Assembly: GCF_002113885.1 (NCBI RefSeq)
Contig: NW_018480020.1
Coordinates: forward strand, 222,163 to 286,162
DNA from: Mizuhopecten yessoensis
Taxonomy: Eukaryota
Length of the DNA stretch: 64,000 nucleotides
Direction: 5' to 3'
Part shown: positions 38,301-51,172 of the stretch, in pieces
Numbering within the stretch: position 1 is the stretch's first letter
How the letters are laid out: each line of letters opens with the position of its first letter
Translations under genes and position numbers: made by a program
The notes under the pieces: generated by a model
The model's database searches: none
What the model was told of the DNA's origin: nothing
Seen by the model: only the letters and a program-made list of their open reading frames with translations

Positions 38301-41300
38301 TTGTACAGGCATTTTTGAAGCAAGATAAGATAGTACAGATTGACCACCCATCTTATTCACCAGATTTTAGTCCTTTGACTTCTTCCTGTTTCCGTTACTA
38401 AAGAATAACGCTCTTTGGGAAACGATATGCTTCTAGGATTGATCTGGGTAGTGCAGTCTTCCAGTACTTTGCCAGTATATCAAAGGGAGACTACCGCGTA
38501 GCGATTACGTCACGGATAGCGCGATTGCGAAAGTGCGTTTCTGTTAAGGGGGGATACTTCGAAGGATTGTAAAAGAAAGGTCGAACTCTATACATCACAT
38601 ATGCGATTGCTGACTCTACTGACAGAATTTATTGAATGGCCCTCGTACTACATTGAAGGAACGGCGTACCGAATTGCCAGCCAATCGACGTTGGTAGATA
38701 TTTTGTTTATGGCGAGACACCCTAACCACCTCTTTATATTGTTATGGTTTTAAATGTGATGATACATTAATTATTAATTTGTATGATTATTTTCAAAATA
38801 AAAGCCATTTTCCGATTGGTCATTTCAGCGTGGATACATAGCGAGAGTGTAAAAAACACTCGACTTTACGCTCACTATAAACCGCAATTAGAAAAAAAAA
38901 CTTTCCGAGTACGCGATATTTCTCAAAATTGTTTGAATACAACATACTGTTTGGTCATTTAAGTTGTATTACGTTGGATGTTTAGTATTCATGTTTGGCT
39001 GTCAAAGATCTGTTTATTTACTTAAAGATTTGTCAATAAAACTTAAGTTTACCTGTCTTGTTGTCAAGGGATATTAAGTTTACCTGTCGTTTTGTGAATG
39101 GAGATTAAGTTTACCTGTCTTGTTGTCAAGGGATATAAAGTTTACCCGATTTTTGTCAATGAATATGTCATTAATCTGTTGCGTTGTCAAGGGATATTAA
39201 GTTTACCGTTGGTGTTGTCGAAGACTTTTGAGTTACCTGATGTGTTGTTAAAATCGTTGTCCGTCCTATTATCAAGGACATTAACATTTAACATTAAATT
39301 TTGCCGTATTGTCAACGACTATTAACTTTCCAGTGTAATGTACTTCAATAGATTTGCTGTCTTGCAATTGTTGTTTAAACCATATTGTTTTGGTCATCAA
39401 TGACAATAGCATTTCACATTTCGTGATAAAATGTCACGTGACCTGTTCTTTTGCGTTGTTAAGGAGATCCTGCTGTACCCAGACCTTAGTAACGAGTACG
39501 GTATGATGGTGGTAGCCGCGATTGCCGACATCATGGACGAAGGAGACAGTGACTCGGTGCTTCGGAAGGATGATGACTACAAGTGGGTCAGGTTATTTAT
39601 AGATCACCTTAAAGAGGCAGTAAAATGTCCTGTCTTGCAACACAACGGATGGTTTTCGTTCGAATGTGGCCGAGGTGAGTTTCCCTGACGTCAGAGGTAG
39701 AATTAGGCGTTAGAACACCATTTATTATTAACAACATGTCTGACCTGGTAGCACTTAAAAACACAATCTTGAATTGGTGATAATTATGTTATAACTACAA
39801 CTGAAAACAGAATATCTATGACCTGGGATTCACTACTGTCACCCGGCGATAAAAACGTAAATTTTAAAACATGGCCTTCACCAAAATGAAACACAAATGG
39901 ATCATTCGTTTGGAGGAAAGTACCACCGTAACAGAAAAGTAAACGGAAGGACGGACGTCCTGTGTGATTGCTAATCCTTGCCATTTAAGCATACAAACAT
40001 GTCGCTTACTTTTGTTTTTTTCAGTGCTACGACAGTTATCCTGTTTTGATGCCAACAAGATGATTCTAGTAGACCTGCATACTTTGCCAGCTCTTGTTGA
40101 ATTAGCGCGGATTAATGAAGAAATATGTCTTTTTGGTAGGTATGAATCTACGCATCTTTACATGTTTTACAGTTTACAACCTTTTGAAATTTTCAAACAG
40201 AACAAACTTTTGTCCTTTTGACAAAAACTCCTTCCACATAGTTGCTCTTTGGCTGGAAGGCATTATGACTCTATGCTCCTCATGCATCGATCTTTTATGT
40301 CCTCAAGTGCTTTTGGTGTCCTCGTACAAAAGGTATCACGCATGAATGCGCTTTCACTTCCGTGTTTTGCTGTCATTTCATTTTGATTATTTACAATGTA
40401 ACAGTGATCTTTTCGTTTTCGCAGAGGCAGTGACGGCACTGAGTCAGCTGGCCTTCGAGCCCGGGGCACAGAAAGCAATGATCGAGGACGGAGAGGGACA
40501 GACGATCCTCCTCCTTTTTGCACTGGCTAAAGATTGCACATTCCAGGAGATACGGGAGATAGCGCGTGGTACGATCTGGACCATGGCCATTCCACTTCGA
40601 GGGTCGCCAACCTACGGACCACAAGGTCTGTTGTAGGACGCACATTGGAGTTACATTTATATACATAAGACAAGGACATATCCGTGGACAAAATGTTTGG
40701 CAACATTATTTTGGACGATATCTAACTCTTTTTTTTTTTATTTATTTTTTATTAATTATGGATTGCTTGAGGTGAATGAGAGGTTATATTGGATGATACT
40801 CATTTCTTCTACATCCTCGAAGGCTGGATCATAAGGACGTGGAGGTCTGAAATGAGATTTGAAATATCATTTCGGTGTTACTATTTATTGAAACAGCAGT
40901 GTACTATTCATTTCCTTTCGATTGTATTGTCACAGAAAAACGCTGCCAAATGCAATGCATTCCTCCTGAAAAGATTCATATGTTCCATCTTGTTTAATGA
41001 TAACAACTAATGCTTTTGATTTTGGTGAGTATGAGGATAATGGGTCTGAAAAACTGAGATTGACGTGAACAAAAGTCCATTATTGATAAATATGAACCCG
41101 ATAAAGCGATATTGACCGACACGAAATTCCTAATTGTTTTTATAAGATAGAAATTATTATTATTGTTTTATCATTCAACAAGACGCACGTAAGTAAATAA
41201 AAATCGTCAAGAGAAATGTACTGTATTTGGCAGAGAGCATTGTGCCGTTACAAACGAAAAGACGTCATGAAGTGTATATTGATCTTACGTTTTTTTAAAG

Positions 41301-44300
41301 AGTAACACTGAGTCGTTATCAAACATTCTCAACCTCCACGTAATTTTGATTCAACCAATGAGGTTGTAGGGAAACTTATATTGTCTAATGTAATGTGATG
41401 TCATCTTTTAATATCCACCATCGAGGTCATTATAAGTCACAATATACAGTGATGTGCCATACGTACTGCAGGTTTTGTTGTTTTCCAATTGGGTTCTGCT
41501 GGTGTGTAACTTTATTTTGTTTTGCAATAGATTTTCCAAAAGTCGGGTTGGTTCCATTTAGATGACATTTTAAACAAAATTTAAGAATGTCATTCTACCT
41601 TCTATGTTTAATACTTAAATCAATACATGCCTATCAGCTGGTTAAAATCAATTTAGGCGAAATGTTGAACAAAAATAAAATAAAATATAAGAAAGTCACC
41701 TTTTACTTTTCCTCGTGTGTAAAACTGTTACTCAATGCATGCCTATCAGCTATGGTTCCATTTAAACAAAATTTTGAACAGAATTAAAAATTATGAGAAA
41801 GTCATTATACCCTCTCCTCATCATCTGTAATACTTAAATTAATGCATGCGAACCAAAAAAAGCAATCCAGCTAAAGTGTTGAAACACTGAAATATATATA
41901 TTTTTGTGTTCATTTCATTCTTTTGCAGTGACCTCACTGTTTTCCAAGAAAACGCGAGGTCATATAATGATCAGTTACTCGAGAGAGCAGAGGCAGGTTT
42001 TACAGGATATCCGGGCGGAGTTGGAGGCAAATAAATTTACGGTGTGGATGGACGTGGACAGAATGAGGGGCGACGTGTACGAGAGAATGGCAGAGGCTGT
42101 TGAAAATGCCGCCGTCGTAATTCTTGCCATGTCAAGGAGCTACAAGATGAGTGAATACTGCCGGAGAGGTAAATATTGTTAATTTTGATACGGATGCTTA
42201 AGGATCCCTGTCCCAAAACAATATATTTTTCGTACATAGAGTAACTTCCCCTTAATTTCATTTTAGATCCTAATTGTAGCGTGACGTGGCCTGGGTTCTA
42301 CCGATGAAGCGACAGTATAATGATCGGAGGTCCAGGATTCGAATCCTGGTCTGGCTCCGTTCCATTTTTAACATACAGAAAACTCTTGTTGATTTTTTTT
42401 TATTTCATCTTTATAATTTTCATAAAAATTCTGCAAGGTATGGTTTTCAGAATTGGTTTGTTAAAGTTATAGTCATGCAGTCATTGACAGTGATACGGGG
42501 ATCCTTAAGGTAAAGGGTACCAACAAGCTAGACAACCATAAGATATAAACTGCAAAAGTCGAACTCATCACTCTTTACGCTTTACCAATGTAGCTATCTA
42601 GGATATATAAATACTCAGTTTACAGCGTATCGGCTGCAAAGTCTATGGAAACAAAACGAATAGGAGAGATAAATAACTTGACTGGAGAAGGTATTTATCT
42701 TCTTTATAGTAGGGAGACTAATCCAAGTCAGAACACACTTGGTGGACCACTTCTTTGCTATTTTAGTTAAGATAGTAGTACTACTTACCTTAAAGTAAGT
42801 TACATTATGACTTTTGTACGAAATAATCTGGCTTAGTAAGGTCGATTTTACCTAAATAGTTTGTTATACCTCTAAAACCAGTCATCACAAATGTATGGAA
42901 ATATTTCACTCGCGAATCATTATTTAGAAACGTATCTTTTAGTATGTGAAATTTTGTTTCAATGGCGCTAAAATTAGCCCCAAGAGATTCCAATAGAAAA
43001 AGGTAAAAATGCATGAATAATAACATAAATCTGGGTAAATAGCAAATGCTTCTGCAGGATGCTCTATGTACCTCGTGATGAAAAAATGGTATTTTGGTCG
43101 TCTAAAGAAGCCTCAATATTGCCTGTTAAAATTGTTCATGTTCTTATTCCGGATGTGGTCAATTTTATGCTAGGGCTTTGTAGAGAACTCATAAGCCTAC
43201 AGCTTAGAACATTTGAATCTTGTCAGAACCTCGGAACCGAACATTCTTTAGTATTGATCAATGGCAAGTTTTAGCATGATCCAAGTTTTTGTTGCTTCTG
43301 ATGAATCTGTGTTTGCCCTCTATGTCTTCATAATAAACAAATACCGGATACATTTCTTTAAGACTATATACATTAACCTAGTGGCCGTATCTTGCTGTAT
43401 GGTGTGCTAACACGCCTTTGTCGATGAAACGTATCACTATTTCGATCTTTAGGTTCTGTTTACGGATTTAGGAGTGTCTACGTATGGAACTTCTGTTAAA
43501 GGTGGTTTCCGCTTCAAGGGCAGATAATAAAGATGTCAATTTCTCTTGCTTTTCAGAGGCGGCGTACGCTGGAAAGTTAAATAAACAAGTTATTCCACTT
43601 AAGGTCGAGAAGGACTACGATCCTGATGGCTGGCTCGGTATAATGACGGCCGGCTCGTTTTTCTATGACTTTGGAAGGAAATCGTTCAAGTCTGTTATGG
43701 CTAAACTCCTCCATGAGCTCCAGCACTTGGCTTATCGACAAGGAGAGGGCGTGGATAGCCGCCGTAAATCACCAGAAGCTGCCATTCCCACCAGTGCGGT
43801 TCCAGAGCCCCCTCCCATTCAGCTATCTTCCTCAATGACATATTCAAGCCAAAATAACAGGATCGCATCCCAGACATCTCGGGTGACTTACATGTCCAGA
43901 AAGGTACCTACATGTATTAATACAAAGGACACCGATTGCCCGATAGATATTGTCAATGGTCAAGTATACTCTATCACTGACCCAGTATACTGTCAATGGC
44001 AAAGTGTTCTCTTTTTTGATGTTCGGGTACACACTCTCTATGTTGTATTACCATGTCACCATTATTTTGAGTAATTCGTGTTTGTATCACCTCATTTGCT
44101 TCACAAATATAAAAATGCTCATATTTCACAGAGGTTTAATATTCAATATATTCGCAGCCTAAAACGAACCTACGCTGTCATTCGGCAAATTTTCTCGTTT
44201 ACGGAAAGTGCCGACAGTTCCCGATTGTGTCATTTGGCTATCAAAGTACTGAACATGTAAACCTTCAGGAGCCGCTATCTAAACATATCGCTATATTTAG

Positions 44301-47051
44301 ATTTGTTTTTCTTTACATTCAATTATATAATTAATGCAGATTGTAGCGACCGCTAACAACCGGCGTGGTGTTTTGCACGTCGTCAAAGCTGTGACGTCAG
44401 ACTCATAAAGTTGGCGATCATTCACAGATTTTGGCTGTTGATTTATGATCCATGCATGAAAAGTTAACTGAAAAATGAATTATACGATTTTGCCATTAAA
44501 AGAAACATATGTAAGGTATATTTTGTAAAGAGTCATAATCCAATAATTAGTTGTTCGATTTAGAAATCTGTGTAGTCAGCTTGTATTAGCATTGCCATAC
44601 AGACGGGAATATAAAAGAAAAAGGTGCATGGAATCATTATAAAAATATAATCCATTGTTACTATACCCTGTATCCCAGATACTCCTTGGTTTACGCTCAT
44701 TTATTCTTTTTGCAACCTAAGAATATGGCATAGCAAAATCGAAGGCACGCGTTTAATTTTACCGTTATCCAACCGCAGGATTCTGATAATGTGCATCAGA
44801 GGATCCAACTAGTCATCCACAAGGTGGCGCACACTAAGGTTTCAATATGTTCATGACATGTTCTAGAGGTTCAGAGAGAGTAAGTGAGCCTAACCCCTGG
44901 AGTATCGAGGGTGTATAATCTGAAGTCTGAATATATTTGTATATAGGAATGTTGTTTTAAAGAAATTCCGAGAAATTGATTTAAAAATGTAAACTGATGC
45001 AACTATACCCCGAATATCTTTGTATAATGGATTTTGTTTTCTGTTTTGTTTTTGTAGAAATTCCGAGATATTGATAAGCAGACATTTCAGGAATGGCTCG
45101 ATAACTACCAACTACCAAGGTAAGACAAGTAGGGGATATACTTCTGTATAAACCTGTCGTCATCATCTTCTACAAAAATATGCGTATGATGTTATCTTCA
45201 TTATTGGATATTTTGTAGTGGAAAGTTGAGATTTCGATTGCATGCTGAACAATTATATTACACAAAGTAGTGTGAACGTGAAAGATATAGCCTGTCAATT
45301 TTACATTTATGTACATATATCTATGGCAGGATTATCAAAAATAAATAGCTTAAATCATTTAAGATATCTTTTGTAATATATTAAGTATGATGCATAGTAT
45401 ATGATATATTTTACATAGTATATGATATATAATTTTTTATAATTTAAATCACGTTCTCATATATATATCTCATTAAGAACCAGATTTAATAGCATTAGAA
45501 AAAATATCTGACTTTCCTTGATTCGTCCAGAATGATCCTCAGAGGAGAAATCAATTGATCAATATTCAGAATAAGAAATCAATTTATAAAGGATATTTGA
45601 CTAAGAAATATTGCTTATTAGCTTAGTTAGGATCATTTTTTTTTTTACAATTTCCTGACGTTTTCTGTACATTTTGCAGTATTTGTAAATTTAGCACCTA
45701 TTATAATTGCTAAGTTCTTTTAGAACCAAAACCGTAATTGAAAAGTTATTTTGCGAGCTTTCGAAAACGTTTACTTCCTCAAGCAGAGAGTTGAAATGAC
45801 CGGTGTCTCGACTCTAAACCACAATATATATATTTTCTGACAACTGACTTTACGGACTCGGCACATTGTGGCCTAGTGAGTTGTTTACGTCGGTCAAGAG
45901 TCGAGACACCGGTCATTTTAATCCTTGCTTGACAAAGGAAACAGACGTTTTCGAAAGCTCGGAAACTATTTTTTTCAAAAACTGTTTGTGTTCAAAACAA
46001 ACTTTGCATTTATTATTCATACCAAACCGATGAATCTTATTCCGAATAGAACGGATAATCATATAATTATGATGTCTTGTTTTGCTTTTCAGAGACCGAT
46101 TTGAGTCTCTAAGACCAAAGGACATATTGTTTCTTGCCAGAATGAAGGACGAGGTGAGAGGAAGATATTTCTGTCAGACCAAATGTCATACTATCCCATA
46201 AGATATGCAATAATAGCCTGATTCAAACCTTATTTTAGTACCACTTTCTCTAGTGAGAATACATTTGATCGGTTTTAATCTTTAATTCAAGATTTCATAG
46301 ATTGCAAGATTGTAAACCATCATTACATTTTATGAATACGTAAAAATGAATAGGAATCAATATATATTTCTTATGTTGAAATTAAATTATAAAGATTATT
46401 CTCAATGTTTTGATTTATGAAGACATATACCTAGAAAGGTTTTCTTTTTTATAAATATATATATATATTTAATCAAATTATAAAGATTGTTCTGAATGAT
46501 GTAATTTCTGAGCATTCTAATATACCCTTTAGATTCCCTACGGCTCTCTGACTATGCCTCGACAGACATAGATATAAAGATATTCTCATTTAGAAAATTA
46601 ATTTTCAGTTGGATAAAAGGTATTAACACCAACCAGATTGCATAACCCTTTCACCACTGTAGACCATAATGGATTCACCCAGATCAATGCATGGGAGAGT
46701 CTACTGAAGTTATATAGGGATGAAAGGGTTAACTAAGTATCATTTACAGAACAGAGTATCCAATAAGTGCATCGAGTGCAACTGGTGTCTGTTAAACCAT
46801 CTTTGAATGACTACTTGCCTCTTTCCAACAATATTTACGTCGCAAGGAATGTTAACAGATTCATGTTTCTTTATCAATTACCGCCAATCACACGGATTGT
46901 CCAGTCTATAATGCACGCATTTGTTTCACATTTACAGGCTCCAGAAAGTTACTACTCTATAGGTAGGAGGCTGTTCAAAGACAAATCAGACCCTTTATTA
47001 AAAACAAGGATAATGGCGGACCTTACCGAGGCACTTGACGATCTCGTATGA
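35316..47051 (+). CDS. ARM-repeat / TIR (TIR_2-type) / SAM-like domain protein, ~670 aa, 10 coding exons
   Basis: Phase-consistent exons: 35316-35867, 36782-36895, 39464-39674 (AAG acceptor), 40025-40135, 40425-40625, 41929-42168, 43557-43903, 45058-45119, 46093-46153, 46938-47051 (2013 nt incl. stop). ARM-like LRQLSCFDANKMILVDLHTLPALVELA / ALSQLAF / ARGTIWTM. TIR GHIMISYS..VWMDVDRMRG..MAEAVENA..SEYCRR|EAAYA..VIPL..DGWLG. SAM-like FQEWLDNYQL..APESYY..LTEALDDL*. Probable non-coding exon ending 34231 (AG|gtaagt). Confidence 0.85.
36905..37400 (-). mobile_element. SINE remnant(s), Meta-SINE-like core
   Basis: TTTGGTTTGGTTT tail at ~36915; CAGTCATATTATACTGAC...CCAGT...ACCATTTTTAAGGACTTTGG at ~37240-37345 resembles the reverse complement of mollusc Meta-SINE cores (from memory). 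Confidence 0.4.
37650..38647 (+). mobile_element. Decayed mariner transposon (transposase pseudogene, 3' TIR retained, 5' end lost), intronic
   Basis: HTH segment RPVDVTS...IIKDDGRYTISEIAYMIGISDGSTHHIL; TGNDTRVYYFEP (degenerate TGDETW); HPSYSPD..DFFLFP; GGYFEGL*; TIR GACAGAATTTATTGAATGGCCCTCG+TA at 38621-38647; multiple stops and frameshifts. Confidence 0.85.
39040..39330. repeat. Degenerate ~31-33-bp tandem repeat (TTAAGTTTACCTGTCTTGTTGTCAAGGGATA), ~9 copies
   Basis: Periodic AAGTTTACC...TGTCAA motif. Confidence 0.75.
41929..43903 (+). CDS. TIR-domain exons (41929-42168 and 43557-43903) of the ARM-TIR-SAM gene
   Basis: Box1-like HIMISYS, VWMD and the CxxE motif; the Glu codon is split G|AG across the intron. 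Confidence 0.9.
45745..45968. mobile_element. Intronic MITE/foldback with ~70-bp imperfect TIRs
   Basis: GAGCTTTCGAAAACGT...AAATGACCGGTGTCTCGACTCT versus AGAGTCGAGACACCGGTCATTT...ACGTTTTCGAAAGCTC. Confidence 0.7.
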
Positions 47052-47689
47052 TGACGTTTATGTACGACCTCCTTTATATGTTTGAATGATTTCAGTGCCA
47101 TGTCAGTTGATTGAAAACGGTTGATTTTTTTTAGATTTACAACAAAGATTATGGCCGTCAGGTCAAACATGATTTTCACTTCAGTCAACTGAAAGGTCTA
47201 GAGCTTTAGATAGCATTTCAATTTTAGTGCAAATGCTGGTCATTTCCGACGCTTCAGGGGTTATGCTTACTTACGCTCTCTGCATTCGGGGTGCAGGGAA
47301 TACAAGTGAGCGTAACCTCTGGAGTATCCAGGATACTAGTTACCGTAAGTTTGACTCCTGATGACGGCGGTAACTTATATGGAACATGTAAACATCGTCT
47401 TAAAATAATCGTTAGTATATTGTTTATTATATGGGCAACAATTGGTGAAAGTATGAATTGTCTACGTCAAATTCAATGTCAATTGTTTTGTATGTGTGAT
47501 TAAATTAAAATTAGCGCAGCAGTTGGAAAGGTTCAGGATTTAAATAAATACAACGTCTGTCGGGACAGTGGAAACGATTTTAATCAAAGGCTTATTATCT
47601 GTTACCTGACAAAGAGGAAAAACCATATTCACTTCTCATATTAGTTCTATTGTAAGGAGTGTATGTAACAGTGTGTGAATGTGGGAGGA

Positions 47690-50600
47690 TTGTATGTGAC
47701 ACAGTGAAACTTTCGGAAGATGTTGTGTGACACATCGTAACTTGGGAAGATGGTGTGAGGCACACTGTAACTTGGGAAGATGGTGTGAGGCACATTGTAA
47801 CTTAGGAAGATGGTGTGAGGCACATTGTAACTTGGGAAGATGGTGCGAGGCACATTGTAACTTGGGAAGATGGTGCGAGGCACAGTGTAACTTGGGAAGA
47901 TGGTGTGAGGCACATTGTAAATTGGGAAGATGGTGCGAGGCACATTGTAACTTTGGGAAGATAATGTGTGACACATTGAAACTTTGGGAAGATTGTGTGT
48001 GACAAAGTGTAATTTCGGGAAGATGGTGTGTGAAGCACATTATAACTTTGGGAAGATGGTGTGTGACAAAGTGTTACTTTGAGAAGATGGTGTGTGACAA
48101 AGTGTAACTTCGGGAAGATGGTGTGAGGCACGTTGTAACTTTGGGAAGATAGTGTGTGACAAAGTGTGAATTTGGGAAGATTGTGTGTGACAAAGTGTAA
48201 CTTCCGGAAGATTGTGTGAAGCACATTATAACTTTGGGAAGTTGGTGTGTGACAAAGTGTAACTTCGGGAAGATGGTGTGAGGCACGTTCTAACTTTGGG
48301 AAGATAGTGTGTGGCACATTGTAACTTTGGGAAGATGGTGTGAGGCACATTGTAACTTGGGAAGATGGTGTGAGGCACATTGTAACTTAGGAAGATGGTG
48401 TGAGGCACATTGTAACTTGGGAAGATGTTGCGAGGCGCATTGTAACTTGGGAAGATGGTGTGAGGCACATTGTAACTTTGGGAAGATGGTGTGTGACAAA
48501 GTGTAACTTCGGGAAGATGGTGTGTGACAAAATGTAACTTTGGGAAGATGGTGTGTGACAAAGTGTGAATTTGGGAAGATTGTGTGTGACAAAGTGTAAC
48601 TTCCGGAAGATTGTGTGAAGCACATTATAACTTTGGGAAGTTGGTGTGTGACAAAGTGTAACTTTGAGAAGATGGTATGTGACAAAGCGTAACTTCGGGA
48701 AGATGGTGTGAGGCACATTGTAACTTGGGAAGATGGTGTGTGGCACATTGTAACTTTGGGAAGATGGTGTGAGGCACATTGTAACTTAAGAAGATGGTGT
48801 GAGGCACATTGTAACTTGGGAAGATGGTGTGAGGCACATTGTAACTTGGGAAGATGGTGTGAGGCACATTGTAACTTGGGAAGATGGTGTGAGGCACATT
48901 GTAACTTGGGAAGATGGTGTGAGGCACATTGTAACTTGGGAAGATGGTGTGAGGCACATTGTAACTTGGGAAGATGGTGTGAGGCACATTGTAACTTGGG
49001 AAGATGGTGTGAGGCACATTGTAACTTGGGAAGATGGTGTGAGGCACATTGTAACTTGGGAAGATGTTGCGAGGCGCATTGTAACTTGGGAAGATGGTGT
49101 GAGGCACATTGTAAATTGGGAAGATGGTGCGAGGCACATTGTAACTTTGGGAAGATAATGTGTGACACATTGAAACTTTGGGAACATTGTGTGTGACAAA
49201 GTGAAACTTCGGGAAAATGGTGTGTGAAGCACATTATAACTTTGGGAAGATGGTGTGTGACAAAGTGTAACTTTGAGAAGATGGTGTGTGACAAAGTGTA
49301 CCTTCGGGAAGATGGTTTGAGGCACGTTGTAACTTTGGGAAGATAGTGTGTGGCACATTGTAACTTTGGGAAGATGGTGTGTGACAAAGTGTAACTTTGG
49401 GAAGATGGTGTGTGGCACATTGTAACTTTTGGAAGATGGTGTGAGACAAAGTGTAACTTTGGGAAGATGGTGTGTGGCACATTGTAACTTTTGGAAGATG
49501 GTGTGAGACAAAGTGTAACTTTGGGAAGATGGTGTGTGGCACATTGTAACTTTGGGAAGATGGTGTGTTACAAAGTGTAACTTTGGGAAGATGGTGTGTG
49601 GCACATTGTACCTTTTGGAAGATGGTGTGAGACAAAGTGTAACTTTGGGAAGATGGTGTGTGGCACATTGTAACTTTTGGAAGATGTCGGGAGACAAAGT
49701 GCAACTTTGGGAAGATGGTGTGTGGCACATTGTAACTTTGGGAAGATGGTGTGAGGCACATTGTAACTTGGGAAGATGGTGTGAGGCACATTGTAACTTT
49801 GGGAAGATGTTGTGTGACGAAGTGTAACTTTGGGAAGATGGTGTGTGACAAAGTGTAACTTTGGGAAGATGGTGTGAGGCACATTGTAACTTGGGAAGAT
49901 GGTGTGAGGCACACTGTAACTTGGGAAGATGGTGTGAGGCACATTGTAACTTGGGAAGATGGTGTGAGGCACATTGTAACTTGGGAAGATGGTGCGAGGC
50001 ACATTGTAACTTGGGAAGATGGTGCGAGGCACATTGTAACTTGGGAAGATGGTGCGAGGCACATTGTAACTTTGGGAAGATAATGTGTGACACACTGAAA
50101 CTTTGGGAACATTGTGTGTGACAAAGTGTAACTTCGGGAAGATGGTGTGTGAAGCACATTATAACTTTGGGATGATGGTGTGTGACAAAGTGTAACTTTG
50201 AGAAGAAAGTGTGTGACAAAGTGTAACTTCGGGAAGATGGTGTGAGGCACATTGTAACTTTGAGAAGATGGTGTGAAGCACATTATAACTTTGGGAAGAT
50301 GGTGTGTGACAAAGGGTAACTTTGAGAAGATGGTATGTGACAAAGTGTAACTTCGGGAAGATGGTGTGAGGCACATTGTTACTTTGGGAAGATGGTGTGT
50401 GACAAAGTGTAGCTTTGGGAAGATGGTGTGTGGCACATTGTAACTTTGGGAAGATGGTGTGTGACAAAGTGTAACTTTGGGAAGATGGTGTGTGACAAGG
50501 TGTGACTTCGGGAAGATGGTGTGCGACAAAGTGTAACTTCGGGAAGATGGTGTGTGACAAAGTGTGAATTTTGTAACTTCGGGAAGATGGTGTGAAGCGC

Positions 50601-51172
50601 ATTATAACTTTGGGAAGATGGTATGTGACAAAGTGTGAATTTGGGAAGATGGTATGTGACAAAGTGTAACTTCGGGAAGATGGTGTGCGGTGGCACATTG
50701 TAACTTTGGGACACTGTAACTTGGGAAGATGGTGTGAGGCACATTGTTACTTTGGGAAGAAGGTGTGTGACAAAGTGTAACTTTGGGAAGATGGTGTGTG
50801 ACAAAGTGTAACTTTGGGAAGATGGTGTTTGACAAAGTGTAACTTTGGGAAGATTGTGTGTGACAAAGTGTAACTTCCGGAAGATGGTGTGAAGCACATT
50901 ATAACTTTGGGAAGATGGTGTGTGACGTGTGTGGCACATTGTAACTTTGGGAAGATGGGGTGTGACAAAGTGTAACTGTGAGAAGATGGTATGTGACAAA
51001 GTAACTTCGGGAAGATGGGGTGTGGCACATTGTAACTTTGGGAAGATGTTGTGTGACAAAGTGTAACTTTGGGAAGATGGTGTGTGACAAAGTGTAACTT
51101 CGGGAAGATGTCGTGTGACAAAGTGTAACTTTGGGAAGATAGTGTGTGGCACATGGTAACTTTGGGAAGATT
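47690..51172. repeat. ~3.5-kb compound minisatellite, 30-33-bp units: core GTAACTT(T)GGGAAGATGGTGTG plus tail AGGCACATT / TGGCACATT / TGACAAAGT
   Basis: About 110 units; homogeneous 30-bp run at ~48780-49140; larger blocks duplicated. Confidence 0.97.

Noticed and set aside
43904-44074. TIR gene ending at the 44074 stop
   Set aside because: AAG|gtacct donor at 43904 connects in phase to three further exons encoding a coherent SAM-like C-terminus.
35316-47051. Calling the TIR gene SARM1 or MyD88
   Set aside because: Domain order is ARM-TIR-SAM rather than ARM-SAM-SAM-TIR, and there is no death domain; no symbol assigned.
47690-51172. CRISPR-like appearance (constant core plus variable part)
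   Set aside because: Variable parts are only ~9 bp and come from a few recurring variants, not unique spacers; eukaryotic context; no cas genes.
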